A stretch of 7,587 bases of DNA from Fonticula alba ATCC 38817 (lineage: Eukaryota > Protista > Nucleariida). Location of the stretch: assembly GCA_000388065.2 (NCBI GenBank), contig KB932208.1. The stretch is one strand, 5' to 3'. A program made the translations under genes and the position numbers. This document shows, piece by piece, positions 1 through 7,568 of this stretch. The notes below the pieces were generated by a model. That model worked only from the letters and a program-made list of their open reading frames with translations. It was not told the origin of the DNA and made no database searches. The first letter of the stretch is position 1. Each line of letters starts with the position of its first letter.

Positions 1-28
<28 letters not shown>
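1..28. repeat. (AG)14 microsatellite inside a MED16-like intron
   Basis: Forms a (CT)n tract on the sense strand after the donor G|GTGCGT at 62. Confidence 0.9.
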
Positions 29-31
<3 letters not shown>

Positions 32-62
32 AAGAGAGCAGAAGGGCCGGCAGGGCACGCAC

Positions 63-3000
63 CACCGGCCGTGAGAGACCGCCGGCCGACAGCCACGGCC
101 ACCTCCCAGGCATCACGGCGAATCCCCTGCCCGGCCAGGAGGAAGCCCCCCCGACCGTCGGCCAGCGACCCGGCCAAGCGACACACTAGCCATGCGTCCA
201 GCCACGAGGGGGCCGTATGCTCCAGCGGCGTGAAGGCGTTGGCCCGGGACCTGCAGAGGTGGCGGAAGAGCAGCACCTCCGGGTCGTGGAAGAAGCAGGC
301 CATTCCCCCGGTGTCTGTCAGCACAAGCGTCGCCAGGCCGCCCGGGCTGACGGTGGCCGCGGCGGCCCGGCCGACGGGCAGGGCCTGTGCCACGGTCCCC
401 GACAGCCCAAGACCAAGCCCAGTGACGGCCCGGCAGGTGCCGGCCCCGGTCAACAAGAAGACCAGCACCTGCGGCGCATCCGCCCCCCGAGGGACGAGCG
501 TCAGCAGGCTCAGCTCGCGCCCCGGGGCCCCGGGCCCGGCGAGCCCGGTCGGCCCGAACATCGCCAGATCGACATCCCGTCTGCGGAGGTACTCCTCCGG
601 CGGCAGCCCCACCGACAGGGTGCCGACCGAGGCCAGACCCGCCGCCAGGGCCGGGAAGTGTTGGAATTCAAAATGGTGCTCTGCCCGGCGAAGCCACCGG
701 GGCCCGGGGGACTGCCACGGCAGCGCAGGGGACAATGTCCCAGAGGGGGTCAGGGTCCTGTCAGCGACAATGCCCGGGCGAGCCCGCAAAGCAGGGAGAC
801 CCCCCCTCGGGAGGGAGGGAAGGGGAGCCAGGACGTACCGAGTTCGGCCCGGCGAGCGCCACCTGCTCGGCAACCATGGCGTCTTTCAGCCAGCGAGAGA
901 GGCAGGAGGAGGGAGATCGAGTGTCAGTATGCGCCGGCGAGTGCAGGAGTGGGGCCAGTTCCGCGCGCGTGCGTGCGTGCGCACCGGCCCGGAAAAAGCA
1001 CCGAAGCAGGGTGCCATCATGTGGGACCACCGCCAGGTGACTGGGTCCTGGGTGGGGGGCAAAATAATGCCCCTCCGTATCGAGGAGGGCGCTTCGGATG
1101 GCGGACCCGCCGGTGGGCGAGGCTGCAAATAAACCGCCCGGCGAAGGAGACACGAACACAGGTCAGCACCGACACAGCGAGGGCGGGAGGGGGCCAAAGA
1201 GAACCGCGTGGGGGTGGGGGGGGGGGACCAGCGCACAGACAACATCCACGGAAAGGGGGAGCACACGGTAGAGGGCTGAAATGCCGGCATCCGCCATGAC
1301 CGGCAGGTACAGGCCTTCGGCCAGCAGAATGTTGCCTGGCCAAACAGATGAACGAGTCAGTCCGGATGCCAGGCCACCGGCGAGAGGCGGGGGGAGGGGG
1401 CGGGAGCAGCGGGAGGACACAGGAAGACACCAGCAGGGGCACGCACACTTGTGCCCGTCCAGGGCTGCGCCGGCCCAACTGGCCGATGCCAGGCCCTGCA
1501 AGGTATACTCCAGCCCATCCTGGAAGAGGGAGCCCGGCAGGGGGAGCCGATGATGGGAGAAGGTGACCCGCGCGTCGTCGGCCTCGTCCGAGGGGCCGTG
1601 CGCCGGCAGGTCGGTGCCAATGCCGAGCGTCATCTAACAGGTGATGGGCGGGGGGGGGGGGGCGGGGGGGGGCGGGGGACACATCGTTCGATCAGACAAA
1701 GCACAAGTATTTGCCCCCTTCTCGCCCAGACCCAGAGGGGGTTGGGGGGGGGGGGGGGGGGAGTGACGCGTGTGAGGCGGCCAATTAAAGTGCGGATCAC
1801 CGGGGGAACACGGAGGGGGGGGGGGCGAACGGAGAGGGGGCAAGGGGAGCGGGCGGGGAGGAGGGGGTGTGGTGGTGGCAGAGTGGCTCGTCAGCGCCTG
1901 CCGGGGCACCCCCAACCAGTGGCGTGTGCGAAAAATTCACCACACGAGGGGACCCGACTTGTGAGAGGGCGTGAGGAGCGAAATCCCCCCCCCCCCGGGG
2001 GGGGAGGGCAGACAACCATGATGCGAACAGTCAACCAATCCAAACTGGGCCCCCGGACACAGGCACACAACATGCAAGCATGCGTGCAGGTATAGAAGCA
2101 TGTAGACGCATGTTCCGCGCGCGCGCCGATGTGTTTGTATGTTTTTATGTCGCTCGCCTGTGGTGAGACCGTCTCGCCATCCGGGACACACGCATGTGAG
2201 CCGCCCGAGAAGGCCCGGGCAGCGAATGAGCCGCGGAGGGTCATGTCGTCACCGTGGACGGCGCCGGCGCCCTCTCTCAGGACAGATCCCCCCCGCGCCC
2301 CCGCGCCTTCTCCCCGACGCCAAACGCCGACGCACCCGGCGGGGGGGGGGGGGGGGGGGGGGGGCCCGCGAACTGACGATCACAAGCCAGTCCTGTCTGT
2401 TCTCCGGCTCTAATTTGCCTCTTCCAAGGGGCTTTCGATGGTGCCTGGAGCGCCTGGCATGGCTGCACGCGTGCCCGTGGGGCAGGGAGGCTTCGGTCTC
2501 GGCGGCACGGGGTCGGCATGTGGGCCAGGACCAGCCCGACGACGGGGGGGGGGGGGGGGGGGGGCGTGAGACCGTTCCCAGCGGGCTATGTCGGGGCCAG
2601 ATCTCCGGCCAGGCACGAGCAAGTGACTAAGCGGCCGGGTGCCCCCAAACAGGGGCGAGGAGCACCCTTCTCGAAGTCCCGCGGCCCGGGCGGGCGGTGA
2701 GAACCGCCCGTGGAGAAAATGGAAGCCCACGCGCCGCAGGACGGGCGCGGAGGCGCAGACGCGCAAACAGCACCTGCGTCGGGCCCGGTGCCGCATGCGG
2801 CCGACACGCATGTGCGGGATCTCGCCGCCGAGCGCCCATCGCCATCCTGTCAGCAGCGGGGATGCGCGTGCCGCTGGGGCCCCCGGCGCCCGGGCGCACA
2901 TGAGAGGGCAACACATCATCATAACAACGGGCCCGCAGTCCCGCCCCCCCACGGGGGACCAAGAGGACGGGGGGGGGGTTGGCCCCGGTCGGGGGCGGAC

Positions 3001-4408
3001 TTCTGGGAGGGAGTGCACGAATACACGAGCACACCACACCGCATGGTGCTCTCCCCTCCGCGGCCTGTCCTCGCATACTATGCTCGTGCTTCGCGTTCTC
3101 GCTCCGCCCCCCCCCCCCCCCCACCGGGGCGGGGCGCCAGACGCGAACGTCCGCTGCCCGAGAGCAGGCGGCACCCGTCGTCGCGGAGTCAATACATGCG
3201 CCCCCTTCCTGTCTCCCGATAGTGACCGGGCTTCCCCCTGGCTGCTGGTGCTGCACCTTCATGCCTCATGGGGGGGGGGGCGGGAAGCGGGGAAATTGAG
3301 GACCCCGGCGCCTGGCTATCTGCGGGCCAGCGTCGACGGCCTCGGCGGGGNNNNNNNNNNNNNNNNNNNNNNNNNNNNNNNNNNNNNNNNNNNNNTTTGC
3401 CCCCTTCTCGCCCAGACCCAGATGGTGTTGGAGGGGGGGGGGGGAGGGCCAGGAGGCGGTACATATGCGCACCTCGCCGGAGGCGTGCACCGCCAGCCAT
3501 CCCTCCTGGCCCGAGGACAGGACATCATGGAAGGGGAAGACAAACAGCCGATCCTGAACGGGTGCCGAGGGAGAGGATGGCACCGAGGAGGAGGCGGCGG
3601 CGGCAGCGGAGGAGGGGCAGGGGGCCGCCGGCTCCCCGGGGGATTCCTCTTTGATCTCTTCCTTCACTGCCGACTTCGGGGCCGGGCTCGAGACTGGCCC
3701 CGATGGCGAGGACGGGCCCGCCGTCGAGCTGGCAGTCGGACCGGATGCCGGAGAAGTGGCCCAACGAGTGGAGTGCATGGCCTCCACCGGCAGGACATGC
3801 TGCTGGGCAGCCGGCAGGGGGCTGTACGTGGCGGCCACGCTCGGCGAGAAGTGGCCCGCCAGGTGGAAGGCCCCGGAATCGAACATGGTGACCGGGTCAC
3901 TGGCGGGCTTGCTGGGGCCCGGGCCTCGACTCGGGGCGAGAGGAACCATGTGCAAGGGGCGCGCCGCGGAGCTGCCCAGCCAGAGGGCGGCCAGAACCGG
4001 CGACCCGGGCTTGGGGGCCTCGCTTGGGGAGCCGGGGCCCGAGGACCCCGGCGTCAAGGCGGTGCTTGGGGAGCCGGGGGCCCGGCCTGCTCGAAGTGAG
4101 AACCCCTCATCCAGCACCCACCCGGCGGGATGGTCCTGTGCCGGGGGGGGGGGGGAGGAGGAGGAGAGAGGGAGGGAGGGAGGTAGAGAGAAGGTGCGCG
4201 AGTGAGCCAGAGGAAGAGGTAGGCGCGTGCTGGAAAGACTGAAGGCAGTTTGAGCAGGGAGGGGGAACCCCCAACCAAGACATACCGCCGGCCGAGCCCA
4301 GACGGTCAGATCGCCCAAAGAGCTGCCCAATAGGAGGCGGCCGTCGCCGGAGGGGTGCCAGGCAGCGGCGGACGGCCGGGCGGCCGGCCTCATAGGACAT
4401 GCTGTTGC

Positions 4409-4439
<31 letters not shown>

Positions 4440-4939
4440 ACCGGTCGGTCCGGTGCATAGCGCCACCAGTTGGTCGAATGCCGAGCCCCGGGGGCCGGCG
4501 ACTGCCCGAGCCCCGGAACGGCGACCGACGCCATGGGGCCCAGGTGCAGGGCATTGACGTCGGCAATGAAGGCCGAGCAGCCGGCCGGGTCATGCGACGT
4601 CAAGGTCGACCCGGCCGGCGCGCTGAAGAGGACACGACCGGATCCCGGGCACCAGGCCAGCACAGGCCCATTTGGGGAGGCGGCCAGTGCTGAACCAGCT
4701 GGATCGCTCGGCGACACGTCCGCCATGAGCCCGGGCACATCGTCACCGGGGGAGATGCCCGCCGCGGGGGTCGGGGCGACGGCCCCGGCCCCGGCCCCGG
4801 CCCCGGGCCCGGGCCCGGCCCGGCCTGGCAGCGAACCCAGCGGGGCCGGGCAGTGGAAAAGCGGCCCAGCGGCCTGGAGCATTGTCGTGGCAGCCTCCGG
4901 GGCCGCGCACCCCGCGAGGAAGGGGGCCACCGGGGTCAT
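63..4939 (-). CDS. MED16: Mediator complex subunit 16 (MED16/Sin4/SFR6)-like protein; spliced, 3'-partial (continues past base 1), 5' end uncertain
   Basis: Reconstructed exons, all phase-consistent with GT-AG introns: (4939 or 4882)-4286, 4135-3473, 1633-1447, 1335-1237, 1122-985, 882-839, 711-63; about 811 aa in the window. Motifs are collinear with human MED16 as I recall it: AWHPSGDGRLLLGSSLGDLTVWARPA|DHPAGW ~ [40 protein letters not shown] ~ DPIVALSWL; HFSPSV ~ KFSPSL; EGWLAVHASGE|MTLGI ~ EGWIAVTVSGLVTV; NILLA ~ GNIVVA; LYRV ~ FYKV; MVAEQVALAG ~ MSEQVLLCAS; SPGGLATLVLTDTGG ~ SWTSLALVGIDSHGK; RRDAWEV ~ GYDWWDI. Several matches span splice junctions, which supports the junctions. The 1236 donor (alternative 1266) and the 712 acceptor are less certain. 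Confidence 0.8.
1710..1745. repeat. Direct repeat copy 1 (36 bp), followed by a G-run
   Basis: TTTGCCCCCTTCTCGCCCAGACCCAGA (27 bp) is identical to 3396-3422; the match extends to 36 bp with 2 mismatches (gggggttgg vs tggtgttgg). Confidence 0.9.
2850..2922 (-). ncRNA. Candidate box C/D snoRNA-like element (intronic, sense to the host gene)
   Basis: Box C ATGATGA at 2922-2916 and box D CTGA at 2853-2850, 73 nt in total. The 9 nt before box D (TCCCCGCTG) are complementary to the conserved LSU rRNA segment CAGCGGGGA (from memory). The terminal stem is weak (~3 bp) and there are no clear C'/D' boxes. Confidence 0.2.
3351..3395. other. Assembly gap (45 N)
   Basis: N run directly after a G-run. 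Confidence 0.95.
3396..3431. repeat. Direct repeat copy 2 (36 bp), starting exactly at the right edge of the N gap
   Basis: 34/36 identical to 1710-1745 and also followed by a G-run. Confidence 0.9.
4406..4438 (-). repeat. Coding trinucleotide repeat encoding an 11-residue poly-Ala tract in the MED16-like N-terminus
   Basis: (GCA)9-GCG-GCA on the minus strand; (GCT)10 on the + strand at 4410-4439. Confidence 0.9.
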
Positions 4940-4998
4940 TGAGAAGCAGGAGGATGGACTGAGGGAGGAAGGAGCTGGAAGAGGGGATGGGGGGGGGG

Positions 4999-5114
4999 NN
5001 NNNNNNNNNNNNNNNNNNNNNNNNNNNNNNNNNNNNNNNNNNNNNNNNNNNNNNNNNNNNNNNNNNNNNNNNNNNNNNNNNNNNNNNNNNNNNNNNNNNN
5101 NNNNNNNNNNNNNN
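4999..5114. other. Assembly gap (116 N)
   Basis: N run between G-rich tracts; it hides part of the MED16-like 5' region. Confidence 0.95.
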
Positions 5115-5336
5115 GGGGAGGCGGGGAGGCAGGGAGGCGGGGAGGCGTGAGGAACTCCCAGCTGTTGGACTAGGGGGACCGCGCGCTCTGGCCCAGAACC
5201 GGCGAAAGGCGGTGGGTGGGTGAGGCACGAGGAGAGGGGAGTAGGTGGAAGGGGTGGGCAGAAAGAGGGAGAGAGTGAGGCGGCATGTCCCGGGCTGCTG
5301 GGACGCAGCAGGTCAGCGTTAGGGTGTCTCTTAGCC

Positions 5337-5375
5337 AGAGAGAGAGAAAGTGTGTGTGTGTGTGTGAGAGAGAGA

Positions 5376-5423
<48 letters not shown>
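5337..5423. repeat. Compound (GA)n/(GT)n microsatellite
   Basis: Alternating GA and GT dinucleotide blocks, read directly. Confidence 0.95.
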
Positions 5424-5426
<3 letters not shown>

Positions 5427-5610
5427 ACAGGAAAACTCCCGGCACAGTCTCCAACCGTCGGGGCCGTCTCCAGCGCCCTCAATCCCTCTCTTTCTCCCCG
5501 GCTGTGTCTCTCTGTCTTGTCTCCTGGTGTGGCGTCCCTGGCTGTGGATGCCCGCCCCGGCGAGTATGTGGCACGGGGGGGGGGGGGATTTACACGTATG
5601 CGGGAGTGCA

Positions 5611-5670
5611 AGTGTATGCCAGTGTATGCCAGTGTATGCAAATGCGCGCAAGTGCATGCAAGTGTGTGGT
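5611..5670. repeat. 10-bp tandem minisatellite (AGTGTATGCC), three near-perfect plus about three degenerate units
   Basis: agtgtatgcc agtgtatgcc agtgtatgca aatgcgcgca agtgcatgca agtgtgtggt. Confidence 0.8.
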
Positions 5671-5680
5671 GCGGGCTCAC

Positions 5681-5716
5681 GAGCAAGGACGACGGTGTGC
5701 CCCTCCAGTCAGCCAT
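5681..5716 (-). other. Putative upstream mini-exon MADWRGTPSSLL (first exon of the MED16-like gene, or a uORF)
   Basis: Good start context (cgccATGG) followed by the donor GTGAGC at 5680 and intron-like repeats. Its phase 0 does not match the acceptors at 4975 (phase 1) or 4959 (phase 2), so the connection is unresolved. Confidence 0.3.
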
Positions 5717-5759
5717 GGCGAGAATGCGTTGGCATCTGTTTCATGGGATCATGTGTTGG

Positions 5760-5777
5760 TATATATTGGCCACGTGG
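5760..5777 (-). promoter_or_regulatory. Candidate core-promoter cluster: CCACGTGG (E/G-box), CCAAT and TATATA
   Basis: The minus strand reads CCACGTGGCCAATATATA about 45-60 nt upstream of ATG 5716. It is the only AT-rich patch nearby. Motif match only. Confidence 0.3.
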
Positions 5778-6074
5778 ATAGGCGACAAGGACAGGGGGCG
5801 CGACGCCCAGGCGCGCGGCACTTGTGGGCGCAGTGGCAGCGGCAGGACGGCGTAGGATCGGGAGAGGGGGGGAGAGAGGGAGAGAGAGAGGGGGGGGGGG
5901 GGAGATTGAAGAAGAGACACGAGCTGGAGCGACATGATGTCTGTCTGCTTCGGTCTGCCAATGGGGTCTACACGCGAAGGCGAGAGAGAGCATTCGAGAG
6001 AGCGGGAAAGGCGTCCCGGCTGGACGCAGCAACTCCCGCACGAAACTGAGGAGGGGGAGAGATAGGGGAGCGCG

Positions 6075-6250
6075 CGTGTGTGCGTATGTGTCTGCATATG
6101 TGTCTGCGTGTGTGGGTGTGTAGGTGTGTGGGTGTGTGAGGACATGTGCCGTGGGGGAAGGAGCGCACGCGCGCGCGCGCGAGGGCGGATGGGCACTGGC
6201 ACACCTAGAAGGGCATGCACGTGTGGAGCCATGCAAATGCATGTGCGTGC
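6075..6250. repeat. Degenerate (GT)n/(GC)n alternating purine-pyrimidine low-complexity tract in the Rab 3' UTR / intergenic region
   Basis: gtgtgtgcgtatgtgtctgcatatgtgt..., gcgcacgcgcgcgcgcgc, catgcacgtgtg. Confidence 0.6.
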
Positions 6251-6442
6251 GTCCCTGCACAAGGAGACTGGGGCAATGAGCAGCGGGATGCACAGCATGC
6301 GGCCCGACGCACATGAATGCATACGCGGGAACATGCTTCCACAGGCCTGCGCCGGCCCCGCCGCCTCCCTTTTTTTTCTTCGTCACACAGGCAGATGACA
6401 TACACACACGCACACACGGACGCACACCTCAATCAGGGCCTC

Positions 6443-7562
6443 TTAGGAACAGCAGGTGCCGGAAGATTCGCCCAGAGGCGCATCCGGCCGCTTGGGGTTG
6501 ACACCCTGGTGCTCGAAGGACACGGTGTTCGAATGCTTGGGGCCGCCAAAAGAAGAGGCTACCATCGGTCGCGCGAGGATGGCCAGCTTCTTGAAGGCAC
6601 GCTCAACATGCGTGCCATCCCGTGCAGAGCACTCCACATACACGGCGTTTATGCTCTTGGCCCAGGCCTCGGCCGTGGTCCGAGGAACGGAGCGATCCTG
6701 CAGGGGGAGGGAAGGAGGAAATGCACCGGAGACCCAGGAACAGCAGAGCAGCGAGGACAGGAGAGGCAGTGAGCAGGGGGGGGGGGGAGGAGAGAGGGGG
6801 ATGTTAGCTCCAGTCGAGCATGAGGGGGGGGGGGGGATAAAACAGGCGTATAGCCGACCGGAACCCGGGCGGTCTGCCTCACACGATCGAGGACCATGAT
6901 GAAAGAAAAAAAAAGCGCGACGCGGGCGCAGAAACGCACGCAATCCATCTTGTTGCCGATGACAATGAACGGGAAGTCATTGGGCCGCTGGATGTCGGCA
7001 CGCGTGATGAAATCCGCATGCCACTTCTTGAGGTTGTCAAAGCTAGAAAAGGTGCTCAGGTCGAAGACCAGCACGCAAGCGTCGGCCCCGCGGTAAAAGG
7101 CGGTTCCGAGCGACTGGAAGCGCTCCTGGCCTGGGGGGCGGGGGGGGGGGCGGGGGAATGCCGAGCGGGAGGAGAATACAGTGAGGAACAGAGGGAAAGG
7201 GAAAGGGAGAGAGAGAGAGAGTAGTCACAAGGCTGGACGTGGAGCAGAGGAGGAGGCCCCACATCCGAGAACGCACCGGCCGTGTCCCACAGCTGCATCG
7301 TGATACGCAGTGGCTGCTCCGAGGAAGGGGGGTTCTCCTGGAAGTGCTCGCGCAGGGCAACCACATTCGACAGAGAAGGGAGCTCCTGCGCCAGGGTGGC
7401 CGCCAGGGCAGTGTCCACGACCACCTCCTTGGAGATGAAGTCCACCCCGATGGTGGCCTTGTAGTTGCTGTTGAACTTGTTGTGGATGAACCGGGCCCGG
7501 AGGGATGTCTTGCCCACACCACCGTCCCCAATGATGGGGATCTTCAGGAGGGCCTTCTGCAT
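6443..7562 (-). CDS. RAB7: Rab7-family small GTPase (divergent paralogue), 3 exons, 243 aa
   Basis: Exons 7562-7277, 7130-6940 and 6697-6443; introns 7276-7131 (146 nt, GTGCGT...CAG) and 6939-6698 (242 nt, GTGCGT...CAG). G1 GDGGVGKT; switch I YKATIGVDF; G3/switch II [28 protein letters not shown] (Rab7 signature); FPFIVIGNKMD (G4); ECSAR (G5); C-terminal CCS-stop geranylgeranylation motif. Confidence 0.95.
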
Positions 7563-7568
7563 GGTGGC
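7560..7568 (-). promoter_or_regulatory. Kozak-type start context GCCACCATG of the Rab7-like gene
   Basis: The minus strand reads ctttGCCACC-ATG-cag. Confidence 0.6.

Larger units (their letters stand above)
1746..3395. mobile_element. Possible non-autonomous insertion or duplicated segment between the direct repeats
   Basis: Flanked by direct repeats; its removal restores a 153-nt intron. It contains C-runs on the + strand (1985-1996, ~3107-3122), unlike the host introns. No transposase, reverse transcriptase or terminal inverted repeat was recognised. Confidence 0.3.
1634..3472 (-). other. Unusually long spliceosomal intron (~1839 nt including a 45-N gap) in the MED16-like gene
   Basis: Donor GAG|GTGCGC at 3472 and acceptor poly-C...CCTGTTAG|ATG at 1634. 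The phase-0 join gives HASGE-MTLGI, matching the continuous MED16 strand VSGLVTVSL, so no exon is needed in between. Confidence 0.7.

Noticed and set aside
71-1299. Plus-strand ORFs of 353 aa and 360 aa
   Set aside because: They are antisense shadows of the GC-rich MED16 exons, with no recognisable domain and Arg/Gly/Pro-biased composition.
2300-2322. Possible third degenerate copy of the 36-bp repeat (GGCGTCGGGGAGAAGGCGC on the minus strand)
   Set aside because: It needs gaps and several mismatches, so it is not convincing by eye.
1710-3431. Direct repeats considered as a CRISPR array
   Set aside because: Only two copies, 1.7 kb apart, in a eukaryotic intron, with no cas genes.
3741-3857. 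12-bp repeat GAGAAGTGGCCC at 3741 and 3846
   Set aside because: Short, read in different frames, and plausible by chance in GC-rich coding DNA.
2639-4099. 486-aa plus-strand ORF, considered as a transposase or nested gene
   Set aside because: No RT, DDE or other motif; it crosses homopolymers and an N gap and is half antisense to a MED16 exon.
4355-4693. Plus-strand ORF with a poly-Cys run, considered as a metallothionein-like protein
   Set aside because: The cysteines are the antisense reading of the poly-Ala (GCA)n repeat.
3266-5716. 816-aa ORF taken as a single-exon protein
   Set aside because: It reads through microsatellites, two N gaps and a 150-nt GT-AG intron; only about 4939-4286 and 4135-3473 carry MED16 motifs.
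5380-6432. Multiple ORFs between the two genes
   Set aside because: They are translations of GT/GA/GC microsatellites (CV, ER and HT repeats).
7302-7412. Rab insertion considered as an in-frame intron
   Set aside because: It has no GTGCGY/GTAYGT donor and no poly-pyrimidine tract, and its codon usage looks coding.
6443-7562. Assignment to Rab32/38 or Rab9
   Set aside because: [21 protein letters not shown] and YKATIG match Rab7; Rab32/38 have WDIAGQE and Rab9 lacks YKATIG.
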